Positions 19,397-29,104 are shown, numbered from the stretch's first letter. The stretch: DNA of 64,000 nucleotides from an uncultured delta proteobacterium (GCA_963841435.1 CAWJCS010000004.1:192001-256000); one strand, 5' to 3'. A program made the numbers and translations. Notes: generated from the letters alone by a model not told the origin.

Positions 19397-20365
19397 TTAG
19401 TCGATTCGGGAGACCGCGTGAGCCAGCCGAGCGAGCGAGACCTCTCCGGACAGGCGCCGGAGGTAGCCGGCGCGCTGTTCGGAATAGTCGGTGAAGGCGC
19501 GCATGCCGAGCGCCTCGGCGCTCGGCCGCGCCCGCTCGTGGAGCCGGATCGCCCGCCCGAGGGCTCGCTCGACGAGGTCGCTCTCGAACAGCGCCTTCTC
19601 GAGGGCTGCGGCGTCGCGTCGCTTCGAGGGCGCGACGCGGCGAGAGAGAGCCGCGACGAGAAAGGTTCGGTGACCGTGCGCGATGTCCCGACGAAATCCC
19701 TGGATATCGTTCGTGAGGCCGTACGCCTCACCCAGCGTTCGCACGAGCGGCGCGACGTGTCGCGCGCGCGAAAAATCTCCCTGCAGGGCGGCGACCGCGT
19801 AGAGCGGGATCTCGGCGAGGGCGGCCTTCCCGGAGTGGCGCACGAAGCTCGACATCGCATAGCGCGCTCCATGCCGCAACACCAACTCCTGCTCGACCGC
19901 CGTCGCGCGGGAGAACTCTCCGAGCGCGCGTCGACACGCGCGGCGGTACGCGGTGCTCTCGGAGCAGGCGAAGAACACCTCCGCTGCGTCCCAGATCAGG
20001 CAGTTTCCGAGCAGCAGCCACAGGGGCCTTCCTCGCCCCAGCGGTTCGTCGAGCACGTCGTCCTGTATCCGTGCGTAGAAGTAGGCGAGCGCCGTGGCCT
20101 CGAGCACGGAAAAGAGACGGCGCTCCGGGACGTTCCGGGCCATCCAGATGGGCAGATGCAGGAGCGGTGTCGCGCGCGGCCCCGAGAAGTAGCGCTCGCC
20201 ATCACCACCGATGCTCTTCAGGAAAGCCGCCCCGAGGCGCCCGATCCGGCCCGGGTAGCCGGTGAGCCGCTCGTCTAGGCGACGCCAGACTTCTCGGACG
20301 ATGGGCGCGCTCCTCTCGTACACTTCGAGGCGTTCGCCCTGCCTGGCGCTTCGGCTCGCCGTCAC
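19397..20365 (-). CDS. class I isoprenoid synthase-fold enzyme (ComQ-like prenyltransferase or terpene synthase)
   Basis: First Asp-rich motif IQDDVLDE, GK, and a second motif TNDIQGFRRD (pseudo-SARM/NSE type). GTGA overlap with the upstream gene. Confidence 0.78.
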   Translation of the reverse strand: MTASRSARQGERLEVYERSAPIVREVWRRLDERLTGYPGRIGRLGAAFLKSIGGDGERYFSGPRATPLLHLPIWMARNVPERRLFSVLEATALAYFYARIQDDVLDEPLGRGRPLWLLLGNCLIWDAAEVFFACSESTAYRRACRRALGEFSRATAVEQELVLRHGARYAMSSFVRHSGKAALAEIPLYAVAALQGDFSRARHVAPLVRTLGEAYGLTNDIQGFRRDIAHGHRTFLVAALSRRVAPSKRRDAAALEKALFESDLVERALGRAIRLHERARPSAEALGMRAFTDYSEQRAGYLRRLSGEVSLARLAHAVSRID

Positions 20366-21717
20366 CGCGCGCTAACCAGCGTGTTGCCCGTCTCGGACGA
20401 AGCGACCTCGAGCGGCTCCACGACGTAGACGGGCGCCGCGAGCCCCGGAATCATCCCAGGGGAGAGGCTCTTGGTTGCGTAGAGTCCGCGGATGGCGTCG
20501 TGGACGCTCTCGTCGACGAGAATGGGCCCGTAGCGCACGCTGGAAGCCTGCAGCCGCTCCGAGCGCGTGAGCGCCGGTCCCAAGACGGCGAAATCCATGC
20601 GCTCACGCGAGCCGATGTTCGCCGTGATCACCATGCCCTGCGCGATGCCGATGCCGACCGAGCTCTGCACGGCGGTCGCGTCGCCCTCCGCGTCCTTCGA
20701 CCGGAAGCGATCGCGCATTTCGATTGCGGCGCGGACGGCGGCGCCCGACGGATCGGGCACCTCGTAGGGCAGCCCGAACACGGCGACGAGCCCGTCCGAC
20801 GAGAACTTGTCGAGCGCGCCGCCGTAGCGCAGCACGATCTCGCTGAGGATCCCCAGGTTGCGGTTGAGCAGCGCCACGATGCCCTCCGGCTCGAGGCTCT
20901 CGGCGAGAGCGCTCATGTCCTCCATGCCGACGACGAGCACGGTGGCCGTGCGCCGCTCACTCGCGACGTCCGCTCGGTCCGGATGGTCGAGGACGTGCTC
21001 GAGGGCGGGTGGTGACAGGTAGCGCTTGAGGCGGAGCTGGCGCCGCTCGAGCTCGAGCTTGCGCACGGAATCGGTTGCCGCCTTGAGCAGGAGCTGGCGC
21101 GCGGCATGCGCCACCCATGCGGCGAGCGCTCCAGAAAATGCGATGAAAGCCACGATGGTGTACTGGTCTTCGAGCGAGACGATCTTCTCGCCGTAGAGCG
21201 CCGTGTCGGACACCTCCACGAGCCCGCGAGCCACGATCCACGCCAGCAAAAGCCCTCGCTGCAAGGCCGCCATCGTCGCGGCGAAGAGCGACAACCACAC
21301 GCTGTATTGCAGTCCCGTGAGGATCACGAACATCACGTAAAGGACACAGAAGATCGGCGCGAGCAGGGTTTCGTAGGCGCCCGAGTGGTTGTAGAGGCTC
21401 GTCATCGACGTGAGGCTGACGACGCTCGCGTCGGCGGCCGCGCCCACGTAGCTGAGCCACGGCAGGTGCAGCCCGCGACGGATGGCGAGGAACCCGAGCA
21501 CGGCGAGCGACAGGTAGCCGAGCCCGATCAGCACACCGGCACTCGTCGCTTCGGGCGTGTTGGCACCCTGGACCGCGAGACAGCTGACGATGCCGAACGC
21601 GCCGATCACCATGCGGATCAAGAACGTCGTCCGCGACCCGCGAATGCTCTCCTTCTGCAGGATCTCGACGATGTCGTCCGGCAGCGTCGCAGCCCCGCTT
21701 CTGCTCGAAGCGATCAC
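20362..21717 (-). CDS. multi-TM class III adenylate/guanylate cyclase-domain protein, degenerate active site
   Basis: About 6 TM helices, then GGALDKFSSDGLVAVFGLP, VGIGIAQG...NIGS.ERMDF.VLG. GTGA overlaps on both sides. Confidence 0.85.
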   Translation of the reverse strand: MIASSRSGAATLPDDIVEILQKESIRGSRTTFLIRMVIGAFGIVSCLAVQGANTPEATSAGVLIGLGYLSLAVLGFLAIRRGLHLPWLSYVGAAADASVVSLTSMTSLYNHSGAYETLLAPIFCVLYVMFVILTGLQYSVWLSLFAATMAALQRGLLLAWIVARGLVEVSDTALYGEKIVSLEDQYTIVAFIAFSGALAAWVAHAARQLLLKAATDSVRKLELERRQLRLKRYLSPPALEHVLDHPDRADVASERRTATVLVVGMEDMSALAESLEPEGIVALLNRNLGILSEIVLRYGGALDKFSSDGLVAVFGLPYEVPDPSGAAVRAAIEMRDRFRSKDAEGDATAVQSSVGIGIAQGMVITANIGSRERMDFAVLGPALTRSERLQASSVRYGPILVDESVHDAIRGLYATKSLSPGMIPGLAAPVYVVEPLEVASSETGNTLVSAR

Positions 21718-22667
21718 CAAGCCTTCTCCGAAAGCGCCCGCAGCGCCAGGCAAGTGCCGTACACGCGTCCCGCGTACCACAGCTCGGCGGGCGCACCGTC
21801 GATTGCGAAGGAACCGTCGCTCGCTTGTGAATCGAGCAGGAAATATCGTCCCCGCGCCAGGGCCGCCGCGACGCGGGGGGTCCTTCCGACGCTCGCGAGC
21901 GTGATCAGGGCCAGCGCGGTGCAGAGCGGGCTCGCGCGCGCAGGCGTGAGATCGAAGCCCCATCCGCCCTCCCTCGTCTGCCGCGCGAGCGCTTCGCGCA
22001 AGAGCCCCGGTGGCTCGAAAAGGCGGACGCCGACGTGCGCGGGGTAGAAGAGCGAGGCGTAAAAGGCGGGGTGACCCTGCCAGGTCGCGGCGTCGGCGAG
22101 GTCCTCGCGGAGCGCACCGAGGCCTTGCTTTCTGCGCTCGGTCGCGCCCGCGTGGCGCCGAAGGGCGAGGAGCGTCCAGGCGGTGACGGAAGGACCCGTG
22201 AAGTAGGCATCGTATCCGGCGGGACTGCTCGTGACGAACGTGCGAACGCGACCGTCGGGCAGCCACTGCCGCACGAGCGCGCGGCACAGCGCCCCCTTTG
22301 CTCCCGGAATGGCGAGCGATGCGGCGGCCGTGGTCTCTGCACAGGTGCCGCGCGTCTGGCTCGAATGCGAGAGGCTGCCGTCCGGCAGCCGGTGAGCGAG
22401 AACGAACTCGCTCGCCTTCGGCAGCCGCTCGCCGACCTGCCTGAGCGCGAGCAACGTGTTCACGGTGTTCCAGACGTCCGTCCCGCCTGTGGCGAAAAAT
22501 GCCTCGCGTAGCGAAACCCGCCGCCTGAGGATCGCGAGCGGGTCGCGCACCGGCTCGAGCACGGCGCCGCTCGCGTGTTGGCACGAGCGCAAGAACGCAG
22601 AGGCTCGGGCGCAGGCCTCGCGCAAGAGGGAGCTCTTCGGCGGTTTCGCCACGGATGCTGGGCGCAT
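21714..22667 (-). CDS. prenyltransferase/squalene cyclase-repeat (alpha/alpha barrel) protein (alternative start 22784)
   Basis: QW-like repeats LRSCQHASG, LAHRLPDGS, VRQWLPDG, LARQTREGGWGF and LLDSQASDGSF; no DxDD. Confidence 0.75.
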   Translation of the reverse strand: MRPASVAKPPKSSLLREACARASAFLRSCQHASGAVLEPVRDPLAILRRRVSLREAFFATGGTDVWNTVNTLLALRQVGERLPKASEFVLAHRLPDGSLSHSSQTRGTCAETTAAASLAIPGAKGALCRALVRQWLPDGRVRTFVTSSPAGYDAYFTGPSVTAWTLLALRRHAGATERRKQGLGALREDLADAATWQGHPAFYASLFYPAHVGVRLFEPPGLLREALARQTREGGWGFDLTPARASPLCTALALITLASVGRTPRVAAALARGRYFLLDSQASDGSFAIDGAPAELWYAGRVYGTCLALRALSEKAW

Positions 22668-22815
22668 GCTACTCGCAGCGAGGCCCAGCGAAAAAGCGGC
22701 GCGGATCGGCTCGACTTGGGCCGTCCCGGGAGGCAAGCTCGTGATCGCCGCGGCGACTCGCCCAGGGACGTTGAAGAAACTCATGCGACGCCCCAATCGA
22801 GGCTAGGGAACGAAC

Positions 22816-23139
22816 GTGGCTCGAGCGAAGCGAAGCCCGCGAGCGAGAACCGGCATCAGACGGGCCCGCATGCTCGACGAGAAGCTCGTGCGAGCCCGCA
22901 CGAGGCTGTTCGAATTGGAGGCGGGAGGCAAAAAGGCGCGGCCCATCGACGTTTCGACGGCGGCGCTCGTCGAACCTCGCGCCCGTTCGGCGCGCTGTCC
23001 GCGCTGCGACGAGCCGTTCGACGTCGTGGCCCACGAAGCAAGGAGCGAGGGCGTCGAGCGGTTGCGCGAGGCCAAGCTCGTGTGTCGTTTCTGCAAGGTC
23101 GAGCGCTCGCTCTGGTTCCGGGTCGTCGCGCGTTCGTGA
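22816..23139 (+). CDS. zinc-ribbon hypothetical protein
   Basis: CPRC...CRFC; basic N-terminus. Confidence 0.65.
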   Translation: MARAKRSPRARTGIRRARMLDEKLVRARTRLFELEAGGKKARPIDVSTAALVEPRARSARCPRCDEPFDVVAHEARSEGVERLREAKLVCRFCKVERSLWFRVVARS

Positions 23140-23192
23140 CGCATGCGGCACCCGTTGACGCCGTCCCCGCACGCGGATAGTGGTCGCGAAGC

Positions 23193-23360
23193 ATGTCGCG
23201 GGTAGCCACGATTGAGAGTGCGACCGTGCAGGCGGGCGCACTGCGCGCGACCGGTCACTACTTTCTGCTCGACGAGGGGGTCACGCTCCAGGATTCCGTC
23301 CTGCTCGGGGCCGACCTCGGCATCCAGTTCTTCGCGCTCCAGCTCGGCCTGATGTCCTAG
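23193..23360 (+). CDS. possible 55-aa protein
   Basis: Hand-translated MSRVATIES...GIQFFALQLGLMS*. High GC3 in the 3' half; below the ORF-track cutoff. Confidence 0.35.
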   Translation: MSRVATIESATVQAGALRATGHYFLLDEGVTLQDSVLLGADLGIQFFALQLGLMS

Positions 23361-23379
23361 TGACGCCTGGGACGCGAGC

Positions 23380-25881
23380 TTGACGCGACCCCGGCGAACG
23401 CGTGGGCTCGGCGCGAGAGCTCTCGCGATGTCGGTCGTCACCGCCGCGCTCGGCAGAGCCGCCCCGAACGCCGACGCGCGCCCACCCGCCGTCGCGCCGA
23501 GCTCCCGGCCCGCACCGGGAACGGAGCCGAGCCCGTCGCCGCCGTTGCCTGTCGAGATCACTCCGCCACGGCTGCTCGGCGACGCGGAGGTGACGTACCC
23601 CGAGGGCGCTCACGGGGACGCGATCGTCGTCTTGACGCTCGTCGTCGGTCCTGACGGCAAGGTTCGCTCCGCGACGGCGAACGAGCCCCACGAGCCCTTC
23701 TCGAGCGTTGCGGAGACGGAAGCTCGAGCGTTCGAGTTCGAGCCGGCGCGGCGCGCCGGTGTTCCGGTCGCAGCGAAGATCCGGCTCCAGGTGCGTTTCG
23801 CCGAGCCGCGGCGCGAAAGAGACACCGCCGCGCCGCCGACCGCTCCCGTGTCCCCATCGCCCGTCGCCGCCGTCGCCGCTGGGGATGCTCGAGCCGGAGT
23901 CGAGGGGCGGGAGCCCACCGAGGTCGTCGTGCTCGGCCTGCGCGCCGAGCCGTCGCGCACCGCGACGCTCTCGCGCGCGGAGGTGCGCGAGATCCCGGGC
24001 ACGTTCGGTGACCCCTTCCGCGCCGTAGAGACGCTGCCGGGCGTGACGCCCATCGTGTCCGGTCTGCCCTTCTTCTTCGTGCGCGGCGCGCCGCCGGGCA
24101 ACGTGGGCTACTTTCTCGATGGGGTCCGCGTACCGGTGCTGTTTCACGTTGGCGCCGGTCCCTCGGTCGTCAATCCCGCGCTCATCGATCGCGTTGACTT
24201 CTACCCGGCCGGGTACCCGGCGCGGTTCGGCCACTTCGCGGGCGGTGTCGTCGCCGGCGAAACGCTGCCGCCGAGCCCCGAGCTGCACGGTGAGTACAAC
24301 CTGCGCGTCTTCGACGCCGGCGCGCTCGTGGAGGCACCGTTCGCCGGCGGGCGTGCCACGGCGCTCGTCGGAGGGCGCTACTCGTTCACGGCGCTCGCGC
24401 TTTCGCTGCTCTCGCCGACGACCGCGCTCGACTACTGGGACTACCAGGCGCGCCTCAGCTACGAGGTCGGGCCGCGTGACCGCCTCGAGCTCTTTTCGTT
24501 CGGCTCGTACGACTACGTGGGCGAGCGCACGCCGACCGAGACCATCACGCTGTTCGGTACCGAGTTTCATCGCGTCGATCTGCGCTACGATCACCGCTTC
24601 TCCCCGCGCAGCAAGCTGAGGACGGCGTTCACGCTGGGGCTCGATCGCTCGCGGCTCCAGGACCGCGAGCGCCACGTGCGCGTGAAGCTGCTCTCGGGCC
24701 GCAACGAGCTCGAGCACTATTTTTCCGAGGGCGTGCTTCTCAGGGCCGGCACGGACCTCGGGCTCGAGAGCTACGACATCGAGCTCGGGACCAGCGACCT
24801 CTCGCCGAGCGCGGCGCGCGTCGCCGCAGCGTATCCGTCGCGCACCGACCTCTCGCTCGGACTGCGCGGCGACGTCGTGCTCTACTTCGGCAAGCGCTTC
24901 GAGGTCACGCCGGGCGTCCGCGCGGATCTCTACGCCTCCGACGGAAGCTCGGCGTTCGGCGTCGATCCTCGGCTCGCACTGCGCGCTCGCGCCACGCCGC
25001 ACGTTTCGGTGCTGGGCGTTGCGGGCGTCGCGCACCAGCCGCCGTCGTTCGTCGTTCCGCTACCGGGTTTTCAGCCGGGCGGGCTACCGGGCGGGCTGCA
25101 GCGAGCGCTGCAGGAAAGTCTCGGGGTCGAGCTCGAGCTCGGTGACGGCATGACGCTGACGGCCACGGTCTTCCAGAACGCCTTCTTCAACATGAGCGAT
25201 CCGCTCGGAGCGCTCGAGCCGCAGGCGAACGGCTGCCCGCCGGGCGCGTACCCGGCCGACTCGATTGGCGGTGACCTCGGCAGGCAACCGAGCGGCTCGG
25301 TGACGTGCGGCGAGCGCTTCGAGCCCGGCACGCTGGGTCCCGATCGCAGCGGCGGCGGGGGTCAGGCTGCCGACAGTCGCTCGGGACAGCGAGTGAGCCG
25401 CGCCTTCGAGGTGCGTACCCTCGGGGCCTCGCGCGGCTTCGAGCTCTACTTCAAGCGGCGCCTCACCGAGCGACTCGGCGGGTTCTTGTCCTACACGCTG
25501 TCCCGCTCGACGCGGAGCTACGAGGGAAGGCGCTACGTCGCCGCCTTCGATCGCACCCACGTCGCCAACGTTGCCGCGGCGTACGACCTCGGACTCGGCT
25601 TTCGCGCGGGCGCCCGGGTCGTCTTCTACACGGGGTTGCCCCGGCCCGCCGAGCCGAGCGGTTCCGGGTCGGCCCGTTTGCCTGCGTTTTTTCGCTTGGA
25701 TGCGCGCCTCGAGAAGCGCTTCCTGCTCGGCGAGCGCGCGCGCCTCTCAGTGGTCGCGGAATGGCTGAATGCCACGCTCAGCAAGGAAGCCGTGTCGACG
25801 ACGTGCACGCTCGCCGGTTGCGAGTCACAAGTCATCGGTCCTGTCACGATCCCGAGCCTCGGGATAGAAGGGGCATTTTGA
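23380..25881 (+). CDS. TonB-dependent receptor with N-terminal TonB C-terminal-like domain
   Basis: YPEGA..DAIV.L.L.VG.DG.V...FEPA; plug motif IPGTFGDPFRAV..LPGV and LIDRVDFYPAGYPARFG; C-terminal GIEGAF. Confidence 0.88.
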   Translation: MTRPRRTRGLGARALAMSVVTAALGRAAPNADARPPAVAPSSRPAPGTEPSPSPPLPVEITPPRLLGDAEVTYPEGAHGDAIVVLTLVVGPDGKVRSATANEPHEPFSSVAETEARAFEFEPARRAGVPVAAKIRLQVRFAEPRRERDTAAPPTAPVSPSPVAAVAAGDARAGVEGREPTEVVVLGLRAEPSRTATLSRAEVREIPGTFGDPFRAVETLPGVTPIVSGLPFFFVRGAPPGNVGYFLDGVRVPVLFHVGAGPSVVNPALIDRVDFYPAGYPARFGHFAGGVVAGETLPPSPELHGEYNLRVFDAGALVEAPFAGGRATALVGGRYSFTALALSLLSPTTALDYWDYQARLSYEVGPRDRLELFSFGSYDYVGERTPTETITLFGTEFHRVDLRYDHRFSPRSKLRTAFTLGLDRSRLQDRERHVRVKLLSGRNELEHYFSEGVLLRAGTDLGLESYDIELGTSDLSPSAARVAAAYPSRTDLSLGLRGDVVLYFGKRFEVTPGVRADLYASDGSSAFGVDPRLALRARATPHVSVLGVAGVAHQPPSFVVPLPGFQPGGLPGGLQRALQESLGVELELGDGMTLTATVFQNAFFNMSDPLGALEPQANGCPPGAYPADSIGGDLGRQPSGSVTCGERFEPGTLGPDRSGGGGQAADSRSGQRVSRAFEVRTLGASRGFELYFKRRLTERLGGFLSYTLSRSTRSYEGRRYVAAFDRTHVANVAAAYDLGLGFRAGARVVFYTGLPRPAEPSGSGSARLPAFFRLDARLEKRFLLGERARLSVVAEWLNATLSKEAVSTTCTLAGCESQVIGPVTIPSLGIEGAF

Positions 25882-26471
25882 TGTCGCATTTTCGCGGAGC
25901 ACGGCGCGCCTGGCTCCCACCCATCGCGTGGGCTCTGCTCTCGTGCTCGTCGAGCGCGCCCGGGCCGGAGCCGGTGCCGTGTGGCGAAGCGTGCCAGGAC
26001 CGCGTCGCGGTGCGTGCCGTGCGCGAAATGACCAAGCTTGCCTACAACCTCTTGCTTCAAGGCAATCCCGTCGGTCCGCAATCGGAGCTAGCGCCTTGCC
26101 CGCTCGGCGGGCTCATCGCCATCGACGGCACGGCGACCTCCAACGCCTCGCAGGGTGCGACGGAGGTTGACCTCGTGTACCAATTCGACGGCTGCCACCA
26201 CCTCGAGGTCGGCGGCGACCCCGAGGAGACCTACGAGATGACGCTCACCGGTGGGCTCTCGCAGCGCGGGACGCTCGCTGTCCAGCCTTCTGCGACGACG
26301 GCGCTTTTGCTGAGCAGCGACGCGATGACGATGGACGGCACCGTCCACGACCCGCCCATCGAATATCACGCCCCCGACTGCCCGCTTTCGCTCGCCCAGG
26401 ACGGCAACCGGCTTTCGGGGCTCGTCTGCGATCGCGAGGTGGGTCTGGACCTCGGCGAGCAGTCGAACTGA
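25881..26471 (+). CDS. lipoprotein encoded next to the TonB-dependent receptor
   Basis: MSHFRG...WALLSC lipobox; start overlaps the receptor stop (TGATG). Confidence 0.7.
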   Translation: MSHFRGARRAWLPPIAWALLSCSSSAPGPEPVPCGEACQDRVAVRAVREMTKLAYNLLLQGNPVGPQSELAPCPLGGLIAIDGTATSNASQGATEVDLVYQFDGCHHLEVGGDPEETYEMTLTGGLSQRGTLAVQPSATTALLLSSDAMTMDGTVHDPPIEYHAPDCPLSLAQDGNRLSGLVCDREVGLDLGEQSN

Positions 26472-26489
26472 AGATCTGGCACATTCCTC

Positions 26490-26505
26490 GGGCACGCCGC
26501 TTGCG
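26490..26505 (+). promoter_or_regulatory. sigma54 -24/-12 promoter-like element
   Basis: GGGCACGCCGCTTGCG, GG-N10-GC, just upstream of 26518. Confidence 0.45.
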
Positions 26506-26517
26506 TCTTCCCAGTCC

Positions 26518-27585
26518 ATGACCATCATCCGACGCCTCCGTCCGCTCCGTTCGATCGCCGGGTTTGTGGTGCTCGCCGTCGGCTGTAGCGGGAAGACCTT
26601 CACAACGTCGGACGGGGACTCGGGCATGGCAGGCATGTCAGCAACCGGGGGCTCGGGCGGTCGCGGTGGCACAGTCGGAGGTGGGACAGGTGGAGGGGTG
26701 GGGGGAGGCAACGAGCTTGGTGGTGCGTCCGGCTTGGGTGGCACGTCGGGTCGTGGGGGCACGGCCGGCAGTGGCGCCGTGGCGGGAACCGGTGGCACGT
26801 CGGGCAGCGGTGCAACCGCGGGGGTGGGAGGCGCTTCGGGCGCAAGCGGCACGTCGGGCTCGGCCGGTACGTGGGGTGAGGCCGGGGCCGCAGGCAGCGG
26901 CGGGTCCGAGTGCCAGACGGGGCAGGGCTGCCCGGTGGAGGGTGCAACGTGCTCGCTCGGTGGCTGTTGCGCCTGCATGCACACCTGTACGAGCGGCGCG
27001 TGGGGCCAGCCGCTCTGCCCACCGTGCGCCGCGCCGACCTGTCCGGATGTCGTCCCCACGAACGGCGACGAGTGCTTCGAGTGCGACATTCCGTCCGAAG
27101 GCTGTCAATGGGACGAGCGTCCCGTCGACGGGCCCCTGTACATCGGAAAGTGCGTGATGAACCACTGGGAGGTCACGGTGGGCGGCCAGATGCCGGGATG
27201 TTGCATGGCCGACTCCGAGTGCGCGCCGCAGATCTGCGTCAACACCATCTGCGAGGTCGTCCAGCCGGGCTCCTGCTGGCGCGACGACGAGTGCGGTAGC
27301 GATCAGATCTGCGCGGGGGCCTTCGTCTGTCCCTGCACGGCAGACTGCGCCTCGCGTGACTATTCAGGAAAATGCGTCCCCGCCGGGCTCGATTGCTGCC
27401 GCACCGACGCCGATTGCGCGGGTGCGCACTGCATCGCCGGCGTCTGCAAGGAAAGCACGCTGCCGGGTTGCTGGGACCAGCGCGACTGCACCCTGCCGGC
27501 GGCCTGTGCCGGAGCAACGGTCTGTCCTTGCGGCACGAATTGCCTCGTCGCAGACAGTCCCGGCACGTGCGTCATTCCACTCTGA
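26518..27585 (+). CDS. Gly-rich, Cys-rich lipoprotein
   Basis: LAVGC lipobox, GTGG/GTSG linker, repeated C..D..C.....C...C modules. Confidence 0.75.
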   Translation: MTIIRRLRPLRSIAGFVVLAVGCSGKTFTTSDGDSGMAGMSATGGSGGRGGTVGGGTGGGVGGGNELGGASGLGGTSGRGGTAGSGAVAGTGGTSGSGATAGVGGASGASGTSGSAGTWGEAGAAGSGGSECQTGQGCPVEGATCSLGGCCACMHTCTSGAWGQPLCPPCAAPTCPDVVPTNGDECFECDIPSEGCQWDERPVDGPLYIGKCVMNHWEVTVGGQMPGCCMADSECAPQICVNTICEVVQPGSCWRDDECGSDQICAGAFVCPCTADCASRDYSGKCVPAGLDCCRTDADCAGAHCIAGVCKESTLPGCWDQRDCTLPAACAGATVCPCGTNCLVADSPGTCVIPL

Positions 27586-27809
27586 CGCGAGCGCCTCCGA
27601 ACCAGACATCGTCGCGACACATGGCGGCGGCGCGCCGGCACGTCGTGAACGATCCTGCGCTGCTGCGAGTCGCGTCGTGAGTGGCGCTTCGGCGCGTCGA
27701 CTGTGGGTCGATGTGCGCCGAACGCGTCTCGACACGAGACCGCGTTCTCGCCAGCGTGTAACCTGCACGAGCAATTGACAGAGGGAGAAGCGAAGGTGTC
27801 TATTGAAGT

Positions 27810-28625
27810 ATGGATTGCTTTCGCCTGACTCTCGCCCTGGGCGCCTGTCTCGCTGCGTGTAGCGCGAGCGCTCCTCACCCCCAAGAACCGAGCACGGCCG
27901 TGGTCCCGCCGCGCGCGCCCCAGTCACCTTCGCGCGAGGTCGCGCTGAGCGAGCCTCGGCCCGAGTCCGCCGGGTCGGCGCCGAGCGGCACTGTGCCCAA
28001 CGTCACACGCGAGATCCCCACGAGCTGCAGCGGAGTCGACGGCTGCTTTCCGGAGCCGGCGTTCGCCGAGCGCGTGTGTCGAGGGAAATTTCCCGATCTG
28101 CCGCTCGCGATGTTCGCGAAGGGCACGCCCTGGCAGCACCTGTACGTGAAGGCCGTGACAGTCGCGCCGGTGAACGTCTACGGCGGGGCGCGCAGCGACC
28201 GCGAGATGCAATTCGGCGAGGAGGTCGTCGTGCTGCGACGCCGCGGCCCCGGCAGCGGCGCCGGCGTGCAGATCTCGGGACCCACCGATCTCGACGTTCT
28301 GCGTTGGGACGGCACCTGCGCCACCGTGCGCGAGGAAATGTTCGTGAGCTACATCCCGGGCGAGATGATGTCGCCGCGCATCGTCTGGAAGTATCTGGAC
28401 GATCCGGTCAAGGACGGGCTGATGAAGAACGGCGTCGTCCTGCGCGCGCAAGCGAACGAGCGCAAGCACTGCCGCGACTCGTCGCCGAAGAACCCTTCGC
28501 CTGCTTGTGACAAAGCGATGAAGAAGCTCACCGACGCGATCGTGCTCGCCGTCCACCTGGGCATCGAGCTGCCCCCGGGAGCCGCTCCCGAGTGGCAGAA
28601 GCCGGAGCCGACGGCGTCACGCTGA
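27810..28625 (+). CDS. hypothetical lipoprotein
   Basis: LAAC lipobox, Pro-rich linker, globular Cys-containing domain. Confidence 0.7.
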   Translation: MDCFRLTLALGACLAACSASAPHPQEPSTAVVPPRAPQSPSREVALSEPRPESAGSAPSGTVPNVTREIPTSCSGVDGCFPEPAFAERVCRGKFPDLPLAMFAKGTPWQHLYVKAVTVAPVNVYGGARSDREMQFGEEVVVLRRRGPGSGAGVQISGPTDLDVLRWDGTCATVREEMFVSYIPGEMMSPRIVWKYLDDPVKDGLMKNGVVLRAQANERKHCRDSSPKNPSPACDKAMKKLTDAIVLAVHLGIELPPGAAPEWQKPEPTASR

Positions 28626-28672
28626 AAGGCGCTCCGGGCGGCGATGTGGCATCCTCGCGCCGAGGAGGCTTC

Positions 28673-29104
28673 ATGAAACCACCCCCGCCCGGATGGCCCC
28701 GCCTGAGCGCATCGATCTACTACGACGATCCACTCGCCGCTATCGACTGGCTCTGTCGCACGTTCGGCTTCGAAGTGCGCCTCAAAGTGGTCGGTGACGA
28801 CGGTCGCCTCCAGCACTCCGAGCTCACCTTCGGCGAGGCCGTGGTGATGCTGGGCGGAACCGGCGGCAAGGAGCCCTACCAGGCGCTCGCGAAGAGCCCG
28901 CGCGTTGCGGGCGGCGTGACCCAGTCGCTCGCCATTTACCTCGACGACGTCGAAGCGCATCACGCGCGCGCCGTCGCGGCAGGGGCGAAGATCGTGAGAG
29001 AGCTTCGTACGGACGACTACGGCGCCGAGTATTGGAGCGACCGGTCCTACGGCGCGCTCGACCCCGAGGGGCACCTCTTTTGGTTCTTGCAACGGCTCAG
29101 CTAA
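28673..29104 (+). CDS. VOC/glyoxalase (PhnB-like) family protein
   Basis: AAIDWL...FGF, HSEL.FG, DPEGH.FW; RBS GAGGAGG. Confidence 0.85.
   Translation: MKPPPPGWPRLSASIYYDDPLAAIDWLCRTFGFEVRLKVVGDDGRLQHSELTFGEAVVMLGGTGGKEPYQALAKSPRVAGGVTQSLAIYLDDVEAHHARAVAAGAKIVRELRTDDYGAEYWSDRSYGALDPEGHLFWFLQRLS

Noticed and set aside
21714-22667. Squalene-hopene cyclase / class II diterpene cyclase call
   Set aside because: Only one barrel (about 320-360 aa) and no DxDD general-acid motif; kept as a generic prenyltransferase-repeat protein.
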